A DNA stretch of 64,000 bases from an uncultured Verrucomicrobiae bacterium (GTDB taxonomy: Bacteria; Verrucomicrobiota; Verrucomicrobiia; Chthoniobacterales; JAFAMB01): positions 640,001 to 704,000 of the forward strand of contig CAWAIK010000001.1 of assembly GCA_963782115.1 (NCBI GenBank), given 5' to 3'. Numbering within the stretch: the stretch's first letter is position 1; each line of letters begins with the position of its first letter. Positions 11,862 through 23,644 of this stretch are shown here, piece after piece. Under the pieces are notes generated by a model. That model had not been told where the DNA came from, ran no database searches, and saw only the letters and a program-made list of their open reading frames with translations. Both the position numbers and the translations under genes were made by a program.

Positions 11862-13235
11862 TCAGTGATTAGTAGATGCGTTCCCATTTCCCTTCGTACC
11901 TGCAGTCGCAACGAACTCGTCCCGGAACTTGGCAACGAAACTTTGGGTAGGCCACGCGCAGGCTTCCCCGAATGCACAGATGGTTCGTCCGGCGATATTG
12001 TCCGCCACGCTCTTCAGCGTGTCCGTGTCTTCTTGAACGCCGCCTCCATGGAGCATTCGCTCGGTGATTTTCTTCATCCAGAGCGAACCTTCGCGGCAGG
12101 GTGTGCATTGTCCGCAGCTTTCGTGTGCATAGAACTCGTTGATGTTGTTCAGTGCCCAAACCATGTCCCGAGTGTCATCCATCACGATGATGCCTCCCGA
12201 CCCTGCCATCGAGCCGACAGCGGCCAAGGTATCGAAATCAAGCGGGACATCCTCGAGACCGATTTCGTTCGCTACCGTCGTGCCGTCCGGTCGTTTGGTT
12301 TTGATCTTGTAGCGATCCTTGGCGCTTAGCACTTTCGCGGAACTGCCTCCCGGAATAACCGCCTTGAGCGTTCGACCGGGCTTGAGGCCACCGCAGATAT
12401 CGTAGATCAATTCACCCATCGTGATCCCGCCGACCTCGAACTCGTAGTAGCCGGGTCGCTGGACGTCTCCGCTTACACAGAGCAGGCGAGTACCGGTATT
12501 ATTCGGTTTGCCGATCTTCGCGTATTCTGCGCCGCCGATTCGCACGATGTGCTTCACGTTGCAGAGTGTTTCCACGTTGTTGACAATGGTCGGACACAAA
12601 TACAAACCGAGCACTGCGGGAAAATAAGGCGGCTTGATGCGTGGATACGGGCGCTTTCCTTCCATCGATTCAATCAGGCCGGTTTCCTCGCCGCAAATGT
12701 AGGCGCCGGCACCGCGGAAAACATAAATGTCCAGGTCGAATCCCGATCCCAAAATATTCTTCCCCAGAAATCCGTGTTCCCTTGCCTCGGCGAGAGCTCG
12801 CTCGAGAATTTTTGCGCCTTCAGGAAACTCGCCGCGTATATAGATGTAGGCGAGGTGCGCGTTGACCGCGTAGCAGGAGATGATCATTCCCTCCAGCAAC
12901 TGATGGGGGTCCTGGTGAATGATATACCGGTCTTTGAATGTGCCAGGCTCAGACTCGTCCGCGTTGCAAATCAGATAAACCGGTTTTGATCCGCCCGGCT
13001 TGATAAATCCCCATTTCACTCCGCAGGGAAACCCGGCACCGCCTCGTCCTCGCAAACCGGAAACCTTGACCTCGTTCACGATCTCCTGGGGCGCCATCGT
13101 GAACGCTTTTTTCAGTTCATCGTAGCCGCCGTCCTCAAGATAGCAGTCAATATCAGTCGTCCAACCTGGACGATCAATATTCTTGAAGATGATCCGTTTT
13201 TCGCGCGGGTGCGGAGTGCGAGTAGTCGAGGCCAT
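11862..13235 (-). CDS. nuoF: NADH-quinone oxidoreductase subunit F
   Basis: SGLRGRGGAGFP, CNADESEPGTFKDR, GAGAYICGEET, ESCGQCTPCREG. Confidence 0.97.
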   Translation of the reverse strand: MASTTRTPHPREKRIIFKNIDRPGWTTDIDCYLEDGGYDELKKAFTMAPQEIVNEVKVSGLRGRGGAGFPCGVKWGFIKPGGSKPVYLICNADESEPGTFKDRYIIHQDPHQLLEGMIISCYAVNAHLAYIYIRGEFPEGAKILERALAEAREHGFLGKNILGSGFDLDIYVFRGAGAYICGEETGLIESMEGKRPYPRIKPPYFPAVLGLYLCPTIVNNVETLCNVKHIVRIGGAEYAKIGKPNNTGTRLLCVSGDVQRPGYYEFEVGGITMGELIYDICGGLKPGRTLKAVIPGGSSAKVLSAKDRYKIKTKRPDGTTVANEIGLEDVPLDFDTLAAVGSMAGSGGIIVMDDTRDMVWALNNINEFYAHESCGQCTPCREGSLWMKKITERMLHGGGVQEDTDTLKSVADNIAGRTICAFGEACAWPTQSFVAKFRDEFVATAGTKGNGNASTNH

Positions 13236-13237
13236 GG

Positions 13238-13734
13238 TTACTGATATTTTTCGAGCAATTGTGGAACTTCCTCTTGGGCCACCGCTTCGTAAAAATCATC
13301 GTTGATCATGCACACCGGCCCAAAGCCGCAACTGGCCAGGCATTCGACGAATTCGATGCTGTATTTCCCGTCCTCGCTCTTGAGCAGATGAGTGCCATGG
13401 CCGTTTTCCTGCCGCTTGATGCCAGCGTGTTTACAGAATGTGTCCAGGAGTTCGTAGCCGCCCGCCATCGCACACGAGAGCGTGCGGCAGACGCGGATAT
13501 GATGCTTTCCTGCGGGTTCCCGGCGAAACATCGGATAGAAAGTCACCAACTCCAGGACGTTGATTGGCTCGAGCCCTAGCTTCGCCGCGACCCAATGTGA
13601 TAGCGTCATCTTCGATATAGCCGGTATGTTCCTGTATCAGGTGAAGTAGCGGCAACGCGGCGCTGCGTTTGGAAACCGGGTAATGCGTGATCACCTCATC
13701 AATCCTGGCTTCGAAGTTCGGCCGGCAATTCCAT
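13238..13734 (-). CDS. nuoE: NADH-quinone oxidoreductase subunit E (one apparent frameshift)
   Basis: YPVSKRSAALPLLHLIQ, VTFYPMF, VCRTLSC, ECLASCGFGP. Confidence 0.93.
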
Positions 13735-13736
13735 TT

Positions 13737-14030
13737 TCATTTCTCCTTCAATTTCTCAGGCTCGTTGATCAGACGCCCGTTCTGGAAGTGAAGGACAACC
13801 GTCTCACCATCATGAATGTAGAAATAGCGGGTAATGGCCATCGTCTTCTTCTGCGTTTCCAGTTCCAGGTCCACTTTCTCCGTCCTATCCGGATTTCCGA
13901 GAATCGACTCGACCTCCTTCTGGGTCATGTTGGTCCTTAGTTGTGCCAGATTTCGGTTCCCGAACTCTCTTTGGCAGCCGGTCATCATGAGAATTACGAC
14001 TACAACCAGAAGAAGCTCGCGCCATTGCAT
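13737..14030 (-). CDS. Small lipoprotein, SmpA/OmlA (BamE)-like, inside the nuo operon
   Basis: Lipobox MTGC after a hydrophobic stretch; MTQKEVESILGNP motif; 2-bp gaps to neighbours. Confidence 0.7.
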   Translation of the reverse strand: MQWRELLLVVVVILMMTGCQREFGNRNLAQLRTNMTQKEVESILGNPDRTEKVDLELETQKKTMAITRYFYIHDGETVVLHFQNGRLINEPEKLKEK

Positions 14031-14032
14031 CT

Positions 14033-15287
14033 CTATCGGTCGGACTCGCCCATCACGAAATCCAGGCTGCCGAGAATCGCCACCACGTCACTCATCATAT
14101 GGCCGGGGAGAATCTTCGGCAGAATGCTCAGATTCACGAAAGATGGAGCCCGAATCTTTAACCGATGAGGCACACCGCCCCCTCGGCTGTTGATGTAAAA
14201 CCCGAGCTCGCCCTTCGGGTTTTCCGCACCGAAGTAAACTTCACCGGGCGGGGCGTTCACTCCTTCGGTGTGAATGATGAAATGGTGAATCAATTCCTCC
14301 ATTTTCATCAGGACTTTCGGCTTTTCCGGCGGCAGATTTTTTGGGTCCTGCACCGTTATCGGCCCGTCCGGCAATTTCGCGATCACTTGACGCAGGATAT
14401 GGACGCTTTGACGCATTTCTTCGAGCCGTACGAGATAGCGGTCGTAGGCGTCACCGACAGCGCCGACGGGGATATCGAAATCGTAATTCTGATAGTCAAG
14501 GTAGGGCCGGGCTTTTCGAACGTCGTAGTCAATTCCGCTTCCGCGAATGTTTGGACCAGTCAGCCCATACGAAATAGCGTCTTCTTTGGAGATGTGGCCG
14601 AGATCTTTGGTGCGATCGACCCAGATGCGATTTCGCGTCAGAAGCTTATCGAGCTCGTTCAATTGCGGGATGAATTGATCCAGAAAAGTTTTCAATGCGG
14701 CAATGAATCCGTCCGGCAAATCGCGCGTCATGCCGCCAACTCGCGTGTAAGAAGTGGTGAACCGGGCGCCCGGTCAGCAGTTCAATCAAATTGTAAAGTT
14801 TTTCGCGCTCGGTGAACGTGTAAAGAAAAACCGTGGTTGCTCCGACATCCATTGCAAATGCCCCGAGCCCCAGGAGATGAGCTGAGATGCGCGCTATTTC
14901 GCAGCAGATCACCCGGATTGCCTTCCCGCGCGGGGGCAATTCCCAGCCCATCAGTTTTTCAACCGCGAGAGTGTACGCGACATTATTTGCCAGCGGGGCA
15001 AGATAATCCAGCCGATCTGTATAAGGAACAAACTGGTTGTACTGCATGTTTTCCGCAATTTTTTCATCCCCGCGATGCAGGTAACCGACGTCCGGATCAG
15101 CGGAGGTGATGATTTCTCCATCCAGTTCAAGCACAATACGAAGAACGCCATGGGTAGCGGGATGAGAAGGCCCCATGTTGAGCGTCAATTTCTCGCCCAG
15201 CAATTCGGAGTCACTGATTGCCTCCAGCGATCTGGCAGCCCGAGCTAGCGTATCAGGTGTTTCGACGTCGCGAGTGGTGATTGCCAT
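14033..15287 (-). CDS. nuoD: NADH-quinone oxidoreductase subunit D (one apparent frameshift)
   Basis: LNMGPSHPATHGVLR, GYLHRGDEK, DRLDYLAP, ENPKGELG, GSLDFVMGESDR. Confidence 0.96.
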
Positions 15288-15347
15288 AACGAAAAAACAG
15301 CGGCCACGTGAACATAGGTTTTTACCGTTTAGGCTCGCAAGAGTAAT

Positions 15348-15365
15348 TTGTGAAATAATTCACAA
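15348..15365. promoter_or_regulatory. Rex-type operator between nuoD and ndh
   Basis: TTGTGAAATAATTCACAA matches the Rex consensus TTGTGAAnnnnTTCACAA. Confidence 0.8.
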
Positions 15366-15588
15366 GCTCTGCCAGTGGAATGCGCAATTTGCAGGATCGC
15401 CGATTCCCTGCTGAGCGTCGTTTGGGATGAACCTGCTGGTAGCATCCTTCATAAACCTCCAGGGATTTGTGAGCGATCAGGCTAGGGTTGTTAATCGAGA
15501 GAATTTGCCGCTTTTTGTTTCTTTCTCGCGACAAAGCTAGTAGAAAGCGACCGAGACCCCAGCTCAAAAACAAGGAGGAGAAAATTTA

Positions 15589-16911
15589 ATGGAACCCCCC
15601 GCTCAAAGTACGAGTAAAAATCCGAAGGTCGTAATTATTGGCGGCGGCTTCGGCGGATTGTACGCCGCCAGAGTACTGACCAACCAGCCGGTTGATGTCA
15701 CATTGATCGATCGCACGAATCACCACTTGTTTCAGCCTTTGCTATACCAAGTAGCGACCGCCATGCTTTCCCCAGCGGACATTGCGCAACCGATAAGAGC
15801 CATCTTAAGGGATGCGAAAAATATTCGCGTGGTGATGGGTCGGGTTGACTCAATCGATACCTCGGCAAAAGTAGTGCACACCTTCGGGTCACAATATCCA
15901 TTCGAATACCTGATTCTTGCTACGGGTGCGCGTCACTCCTATTTTGGGAACGATCATTGGGAGGCGTTTGCGCCTGGTTTGAAAAATCTCTCTGATGCGC
16001 TGGAGTTGCGCCGCCGCATCTTGAATTCGTTCGAGATAGCCGAAACTACGTCGGATCCTGAGATCCAACGTGCCGCGATGACTTTTGTCATAATCGGAGC
16101 CGGCCCGACAGGAGTTGAAATGGCAGGGTCCATTTCGGAGCTCGCGAAACGAACGATTGTGCATGATTTTCGAAATATTCATACCCAGCGGGCGCGGATC
16201 GTGTTGATCGATGCGGCTCCAAAGGTCTTGCCGATGTTCGACGACACACTTTGCGTCTCGGCTCTCAAGCAGCTTGATAAGCTGGATATTGAGGTGAAAG
16301 TCGCCACGAAAGTGCTGGGCGTTACCGGCGAAGGCGTTCAACTCGAAACCGAGTTTATCCGTGCTCGTACGGTTGTCTGGGCCGCCGGCAATGCGGCGTC
16401 GCCTTTGGCAAAGCAATTGGGGGAAACCGATCGTCAGGGCCGGATCATTGTCAATGCAGACCTCAGTGTTCCGTCTCATCCCGAGATTTTTGCCATTGGG
16501 GATGTCGCCAATTTTTCGCACCAAGGCGGGAAGCCGCTTCCAGGGATTGCCCCATTCGCGATGCAAACAGGAGAACAAGCTGCTCGCAACATTCTTACCA
16601 AAGCCATGGGGAATCCTGCGAAAACATTCAAGTATTGGGATAAAGGGAGCATGGCCACGATCGGTCGAAACAAAGCAATTGCCGATCTTAAGGTGGTCAA
16701 GTTAAGTGGATTTCTGGCCTGGCTGAGCTGGCTGCTCATTCACTTGCTTTTCATCGTTGAGCTCCGAAATCGGATCCTCATCTTCTTCCAGTGGGCCTGG
16801 AGTTATATCACTTACAGCCATGGCGCCCGCCTAAGCTATAGAGCATTTCGCCCTGTGGTACTTCCAAAGGAAGGGGAAGCGAAGCGTGCCACTGCCGAAG
16901 AGCTTCTGTGA
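15589..16911 (+). CDS. ndh: Type II NADH dehydrogenase
   Basis: GGGFGG and GAGPTGVE dinucleotide motifs, HHLFQPLLYQVATA, YWDKGSMATIGR. Confidence 0.93.
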   Translation: MEPPAQSTSKNPKVVIIGGGFGGLYAARVLTNQPVDVTLIDRTNHHLFQPLLYQVATAMLSPADIAQPIRAILRDAKNIRVVMGRVDSIDTSAKVVHTFGSQYPFEYLILATGARHSYFGNDHWEAFAPGLKNLSDALELRRRILNSFEIAETTSDPEIQRAAMTFVIIGAGPTGVEMAGSISELAKRTIVHDFRNIHTQRARIVLIDAAPKVLPMFDDTLCVSALKQLDKLDIEVKVATKVLGVTGEGVQLETEFIRARTVVWAAGNAASPLAKQLGETDRQGRIIVNADLSVPSHPEIFAIGDVANFSHQGGKPLPGIAPFAMQTGEQAARNILTKAMGNPAKTFKYWDKGSMATIGRNKAIADLKVVKLSGFLAWLSWLLIHLLFIVELRNRILIFFQWAWSYITYSHGARLSYRAFRPVVLPKEGEAKRATAEELL

Positions 16912-16929
16912 TCGCTGCGTGAGACGATA

Positions 16930-17406
16930 ATGATGGAGTGGTCGTCGTGGCAACCGAGGGAATTGGCGACCTTGTGTTTTGTCCGCGACAATGGACGGAT
17001 CCTGATGATCCGGAAAAAGCGTGGACTGGGAGCCGGGAAAATAAACGGAGTCGGCGGAAGGCTAGAGCGTGGTGAACTGCCTTTGGCAGGAATCCTTCGG
17101 GAAGCACAGGAAGAACTAGGAATTACCCTGATCGATCCCAAAAAGCAGGGCGAACTGCATTTTCAATTTCTGGACGGTTACAGTCTTTTCTGCACCGTAT
17201 TCGTCGCCTCCCGTTTTGATGGCACGCCAATCGAAACGGAAGAGGCTGTGCCGCTCTGGTTCGATATCCGTCAGCTCCCGTTCAAAGAGATGTGGGAGGA
17301 CGACGAGCTCTGGCTGCCCCAGGCCCTCGAGGGTAAATCTTTCCGCGGTTTCTTTGTATTCGACGGAGAAAAGATGCTGAGCAATCAACTGGAGTGGGAG
17401 AGCTAG
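16930..17406 (+). CDS. NUDIX hydrolase, MTH1-like 8-oxo-dGTPase
   Basis: KKRGLGAGKINGVGGRLERGE...REAQEE; MWEDD. Confidence 0.88.
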   Translation: MMEWSSWQPRELATLCFVRDNGRILMIRKKRGLGAGKINGVGGRLERGELPLAGILREAQEELGITLIDPKKQGELHFQFLDGYSLFCTVFVASRFDGTPIETEEAVPLWFDIRQLPFKEMWEDDELWLPQALEGKSFRGFFVFDGEKMLSNQLEWES

Positions 17407-17419
17407 GAGGCTGTTACCT

Positions 17420-18303
17420 TTGCATTTGACGCGATTGGCGACTATTCCTTTCGCAACCGTGTTCGACTACATCCAGCGCATTCTGAAATTCATCCGGTTC
17501 TCCCACACCATCTTTGCGCTGCCATTTGCCGCAGGATCGATGATTGTTGCCGCGCACGGTTTTCCGAGCATGCGGATCGTTCTGCTCATTCTTCTCGCCA
17601 TGGTCTTCGCCCGGACAGCGGCCATGGCGTTCAACCGGGTGGCAGACTGGGAAATTGACAAGGAAAACCCGCGCACCGCCGGACGGCACAAGCTGGTTTC
17701 CAAGCGGGTGGGTTGGTTACTGGTCATTGTTCCGTCTGCCTGTATTTATCCTGGTCAGCTGGCTGATCAATCCGCTCTGTTTCGCGCTCTCGCCGGTCGC
17801 GCTGGCGATTATATTTTTTTATTCGCTGACCAAACGTTTTACCTCGTTCACCCAATTTTTTCTTGGAGCTGGCTTTGGCGGTCTCACCGGTCGGCGCATG
17901 GTTGGCGGTCAAAGGTCAGTTCGCTTTTCCTCCGCTGGTGTTGGCCTTTGGGGTCATGTTTTGGCTGGTCGGATTTGACCTGATCTACGCGATCCAGGAT
18001 TACGATTTCGATAAGCGCAAAGGGTTGGGTTCGATGGTGGTGAAGTTTGGGATCCCGGGTAGTCTGCGATTGGCTCAGGTCATGCACGGAATTCTGTTCA
18101 TCTGCCTGATACTGTTCGGTTTGGTGAGTGGTCTGGGCGCGATTTACCATGCGGCGCTGGTCCTGGTTTTAGGCGCCTTGATTTACGAGCATCGCGCAGC
18201 GGCGCAGTTGGACATTGCGGGCATCAACAAGGCATTCTTTCAGAGCAACGCCTTCGTGAGCCTGGTATTTGTTCTGGCGGTCACTGCGGATGTATTCGCG
18301 TAG
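17420..18303 (+). CDS. UbiA-family polyprenyltransferase (MqnP-like; apparent frameshifts)
   Basis: HTIFALPFA, FNRVADWEIDKENPRT, GFDLIYAIQDYDFD. Confidence 0.88.
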
Positions 18304-18430
18304 GGGCGAAAAACTGCTCTCCCGCCAAAGCGCGGGTGTGTTCGCATCTCATCCATCAATCCATCAAGATAGATCAATCTATTCATTGCGGGTCCCGTTC
18401 CCTGATGCTAGGTTCTCCGCTCGATCGCCT

Positions 18431-21400
18431 ATGGCCAGCCACCTCCAAAAAGCCCCTTCTTTTGATATCGTTGAAGCTCTTGACCAGCGGATTCTCATCC
18501 TGGACGGAGCCATGGGAACCATGGTCCAGCAGTTCAAACTCCAGGAGGACGATTATCGTGGGAACTTTATTCGCGAGTCATCCCACCTATCTAAAAAACA
18601 ACAACGACGTCCTCTGCCTCACGCGGCCCGAGATCATCGCGACAGATTCACCGCCAATATCTTGAAGCAGGCGCCGATATCATCGAGACGAATACCTTTA
18701 ACGCGACGTCGATTTCCCAGGCAGATTTCGGATTGGAAGAATATGTCCCTGAGATGAACCGCGTCGCTGCGCGCTTGGCCAGGGAAGCGGTTGCGCAGGT
18801 GATGGCAAGCGACCCGAGCGCAGAAACGGTATGTCGCCGGGGCGATCGGGCCTTTGAGTCGCACTCTTTCGATTTCGCGCGATGTGAATGATCCCGGCAA
18901 ACGGGAGGTCACCTGGGAACAGGTCAAGAATGCTTACCAGGAACAGGTTGCTGCTCTGATCGAAGGCGGAGTCGATTTGTTGCTCGTGGAGACGACATTC
19001 GACACGCTGAATCTCAAGGCGGCGCTATTCGCCATTGAGGAGCATTTCGAAAAGTTGGGATATCGCTTGCCAGTGATGGCGTCAGGGACGATCACGGACG
19101 CCAGCGGACGGACATTGACCGGCCAGACCACTGAAGCTTTTTGGATTTCGATCTCTCATGCGCCGCTGCTCAGCGTTGGGCTCAACTGCGCTCTTGGTCC
19201 GAAAGAACTGCGGCCATACATCGAGGAACTAGCGCGCATCGCGCCGATCTACGTTTTCTGCTATCCAAACGCTGGTTTGCCTGATCCTTTGTCTCCGACC
19301 GGTTTCCCGGAGACGCCCGGAGACGCTTGCGCCCCAACTCCAGGAATGGGCGGAACTTGGATGGTTAAACATCGTCGGCGGTTGTTGCGGGACGACTCCG
19401 GCCCACATTGCGGCGATCGCAAAGGTCGTAAAGGGTCTTCCCCCGCGCAAGGTGCCTGTTCTGCCTCGGACGACCCAGTTCAGCGGCCTTGAACCCTACA
19501 AGCTCGGGCTGGGTTTCAGCGTTATTGGGGAACGGACAAACATTACCGGGTCCCCTAAATTCTCGAAACTGATTTTGGCCGGAGACTTCGACGGTGCATT
19601 GGCCGTTGCTCGTCAACAGGTGGAAGGGGGAGCCAACCTGATCGACATCAACATGGACGAGGGGATGATCGATTCCGAGGCGGCGATGGTGAAGTTCCTT
19701 AATCTGATCGCTGCGGAACCTGACATCTCCCGGGTGCCGATCATGATCGATAGCTCCCGTGGGAGCGTACTGGAGGCTGGTCTGCGCTGTATTCAGGGAA
19801 AAGGGATCGTCAATTCGATCAGTCTGAAAGAGGGAGAAGAAAAATTCAAAAACACATGCTCGCCTGGTCCGTCGTTACGGCGCGGCCGTGGTGGTGATGG
19901 CCTTCGACGAGCAAGGTCAGGCGGACAATCTTGCCCGAAGAAAAGAGATCTGTGCCCGAGCTTATCGAATATTAACAGAAGAGGTTGGGTTTCCTCCGGA
20001 GGATATCGTCTTTGATCCGAATATCCTGACCGTCGCGACAGGCATGGAGGAACACAATAACTACGCGGTGGATTTCATCGCGGCAGTGCGCTGGATAAAG
20101 GAAAATTTGCCCTTTGCGCGCGTCAGCGGCGGGGTGAGCAATATCTCGTTCTCGTTTCGGGGAAACAACGTTGTGCGGGAGGCGATGCATGCTGCGTTCC
20201 TCTACCATGCGATCAACGCAGGGCTGGATATGGGGATAGTCAATGCCGGCCAGTTGGCTGTGTACGAGGAGATTCCAAAGGATCTGCTCGAGTTGGTGGA
20301 GGATGTTCTTCTGAACCGGCGTCCCGACGCCACGGAACGGCTTGTGGACTTTGCGGAGAAAGTCAAATCTTCGGCGAAGGTTCCAGTGAAAGACGAGGCC
20401 TGGCGATCGGTTCCAGTCGAGGAACGATTGTCGCATGCGCTCGTTAAAGGGATCGTTGATTTCATCGAACAGGATACCGAGGAAGCCCGGCTCAAATACG
20501 GCAGACCGTTGGCGGTGATCGAAGGGCCTCTGATGTCAGGGATGAGCATCGTCGGTGATTTGTTCGGGGCTGGTAAGATGTTCTTGCCCCAGGTCGTCAA
20601 AAGCGCGCGGGTGATGAAGAAGTCTGTTGCGTTTCTTACCCCTTTCATGGAGGCGGAACGCGCGTCCCAGGTTAATCCGCGGGCGCAGGGCAAGATCCTC
20701 ATGGCGACGGTCAAAGGCGATGTCCACGACATCGGGAAGAACATCGTCGGGGTCGTTCTCGCCTGTAACAATTACGAGGTGATTGATTTGGGCGTGATGG
20801 TTCCGGCCGAAAAGATTCTGGAAACCGCGAAGGCCCAGTCCGTCGATGTGATCGGGCTCAGCGGGCTGATCACCCCTTCACTCGATGAGATGGTTCATAT
20901 GGCTCAGGAAATGGAGCGGCTCGATTTTGAACTTGCCGTTGTTAATCGGCGGAGCCACCACGAGCCGGGCGCATACGGCGGTGAAGATCGCTCCCCATTA
21001 CAGTGGGCCTACCGTCCATGTCCTCGATGCTTCGCGCGCAGTTGGTGTCGTCAGTGCGTTGATCAGCGACGATCAGAAACCTGGGTTCGTCGGCAAAAAC
21101 AGTCGACGACCAGCAGCGTTTGCGCGAAGAATACGCCAACAGAAACGCGGATAAGAAATTGATCTCGATCGGAGACGCGCGCCAACGCAGGACTCCTATC
21201 GATTGGGCAACGACCCAAATTGATGTGCCCGAATTCATTGGACGTCGAGTGATCTCGACGCAGTCGCTTGATGAATTGGTCCATTACATCGATTGGTCGC
21301 CGTTCTTTCATACCTGGGAATTACGAGGGCGCTTTCCGAAGATTTTCGATGATCCGGAAGTCGGAGAACAGGCCCGGCAATTGTTTGAGGACGCGCAGAA

Positions 21401-22158
21401 ACTGCTCCAGGATATCGTGAAAGGGAAGCTGTTCACCGCCAAGGGCGTTTACGGATTTTGGCCGGCTAACAGCGTCGGTGACGATATTGAGTTGTATACG
21501 GACGAGTCGCGTTCGGAAGTGCTGACGACCTTTCATATGCTGCGCCAGCAAATGGCCAAACCGGCGGATCAGTATAACCATTCACTCTCCGATTACATTG
21601 CTCCGCGGGAATCAGGCCGCGCGGATTATCTTGGAGCGTTCGCGGTGACTGCCGGGCATGGCGCAGACGAATTGGCGAAACAATTTGAAGCTCGATCATG
21701 ACGACTATAACAGCATCATGGCAAAGGCCCTGGCAGACCGGCTCGCCGAAGCGTTTGCCGAATTCCTGCATGAACGCGTCCGCTTGGAATGGGGATACGG
21801 GAAACAGGAGCATCTCTCGAAAGAAGATTTACTCCGGGAAGCTTATCGAGGCATCCGGCCGGCGGCTGGTTACCCGGCATGCCCGGACCATACCGAAAAA
21901 CAGATTCTGTTTGACCTGCTCGCGGCAGAAGAAAATGCGAAGATCCAATTGACGGAGAGCTTCGCGATGTGGCCCGGCGCGTCGGTGAGCGGACTTTATT
22001 TTGGTCATCCGGACGCAAAATATTTCGGCGTGGGAAAAATCGACAGGGACCAGGTGCTGGATTATCAGCAGCGGAAAGAAATGCCGCTCGAAGAAGTCGA
22101 ACGCTGGCTGGGACCTTACCTGACCTACGAGCCGGCGCGAACCGTGTTGGTGCGATGA
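18431..22158 (+). CDS. metH: Cobalamin-dependent methionine synthase (multiple apparent frameshifts)
   Basis: [64 protein letters not shown] in collinear ORFs. Confidence 0.95.
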
Positions 22159-22183
22159 GGGCAAATTCCGACAGGCCTCGGCC

Positions 22184-22942
22184 TTAATAGAAAGCGCCCG
22201 ACTGAGCCTGGTCTTGAAACGAATCCACAAATTTGTCAATTTCTCCGCCGCCTAACTTCGAGACGAGAATATAGTTGCACTCTGCATTGCTCCAGGCGCA
22301 GACATGGTATCCCTCGATGAAATGATCGCCCTGCGGCAGGTGTTCCTTCTTTGGCGGCCAGCAAAACAGGGTAATTACGTCGTTAGCCTTTTTATAAACA
22401 ACTGTCGCGACCGGGCGGCCTTGGATCACATCTGCCCTTCCTCCAAGGAGGGAGTACTCTGGCGAAGGGAAACCAACCACCGGCGCAGAAAAATTGAGTT
22501 TCGCGGTCAACCAAGACTTTACAATCTTCGGGTTGGCGGAGGTAACGTCTACCAGATGATCTGTGGAGATCGAGCGGGAATGAAGTAAAACTGCCTGGCG
22601 GGAAACCTCTTTTCCTACGTCCGGAAAAAGGATGTTCAAGGCCAAAGACAAACCCAGAACGAACAATGCGGCGGCATAAACCCCAGGCCGACGCAAAAAC
22701 GCAAATGTCTGCTCCGCCTTCTCCCGCCTCACCGCAGCCAAAACTTTAGTCCTAAGCTGAGAAGGCGCTTTATCCGTTGGGGCGATGGCCTTGAAGAAGA
22801 TCCGCAATTCCTGTCGTTCCTGTGCGAGAGACCAGCACGACGGGCAAAGGCTCAAATGCTCCTCCAGATTGCGGCCCGGGCTTCGTTCGAGCTCGCTATC
22901 CAAGTAGGCATCAAGAAGGCCTCTGGCTTGTTCGCAGTCCAT
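22184..22942 (-). CDS. Zinc-finger transmembrane anti-sigma factor
   Basis: AYLDSEL...HLSLCPSC (HxxxCxxC), TM segment, LLGGR motif. Confidence 0.88.
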   Translation of the reverse strand: MDCEQARGLLDAYLDSELERSPGRNLEEHLSLCPSCWSLAQERQELRIFFKAIAPTDKAPSQLRTKVLAAVRREKAEQTFAFLRRPGVYAAALFVLGLSLALNILFPDVGKEVSRQAVLLHSRSISTDHLVDVTSANPKIVKSWLTAKLNFSAPVVGFPSPEYSLLGGRADVIQGRPVATVVYKKANDVITLFCWPPKKEHLPQGDHFIEGYHVCAWSNAECNYILVSKLGGGEIDKFVDSFQDQAQSGAFY

Positions 22943-22945
22943 CTT

Positions 22946-23458
22946 TCAATTCCTTCTTTGAAGCCCCGCTAATTCCTGCTGCAGGCGCTGACGGGCCTGG
23001 CTTAACCGGCACATCACCGTGTCTGATGGCACTTTCAGTGTCGAAGCCAACACCTTGTACGACCATCCTTCGATCTCACGCAGGAACAAAATCTCCCGCA
23101 TTTCGACTGGCAATCTCTTCAATGCTTCGTCGAGTTGTTGTACCTTTCCTTCGCGGGGGAGTTCGGGCGCCGGCCGGCCCGTCGTTCCGGCGCGAACAGC
23201 TGGGTCTAACGGCATCTTGTAAGATTGGTGGTCATGCTTCTCGAGCCAGCGGTAGGCGGCTTTCCGGACGATTGCTAATAGCCAGGCTCGAGCGTTGTCT
23301 TCGCGAAATCGTTTAAACTCCTTGAGTGCTCGAACGTAAGCCTCTTGAACGACATCCTGCGCGTCTTCGTCTCTTCCGACTAGCAAGAGGGCGAGATTGT
23401 ACGCAGCGTCCAAGTGAGGCAGGCATAGCTCTTCAAAAACGGACAGCGTTCGTTCCAT
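22946..23458 (-). CDS. ECF RNA polymerase sigma factor
   Basis: PHLDAAYNLA, DAQDVVQEAY, LREIEGWSYK. Confidence 0.9.
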   Translation of the reverse strand: MERTLSVFEELCLPHLDAAYNLALLLVGRDEDAQDVVQEAYVRALKEFKRFREDNARAWLLAIVRKAAYRWLEKHDHQSYKMPLDPAVRAGTTGRPAPELPREGKVQQLDEALKRLPVEMREILFLREIEGWSYKVLASTLKVPSDTVMCRLSQARQRLQQELAGLQRRN

Positions 23459-23644
23459 CTGGATGGCGAGCGGATTGCGGACTGGTCGTCTCTCTGATGT
23501 AGACCAGGGATGACGCGGTTTATTCCGAAGAAATATAGAATTATTTTCCCAGATCGATGCGGAAATGGCGCTCTCAGCAATTGAACCGGGACCAGGGTGT
23601 CGCCTCTTTTCCAGGTTTTTTCAGCAATTCGGGCCAAATTTCGG

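Noticed and set aside
14165..14815. Long antisense ORFs (also 15889-16578, 25365-26340, 39476-40186, 56088-56738)
   Set aside because: Shadow frames of well-supported genes in GC-rich DNA
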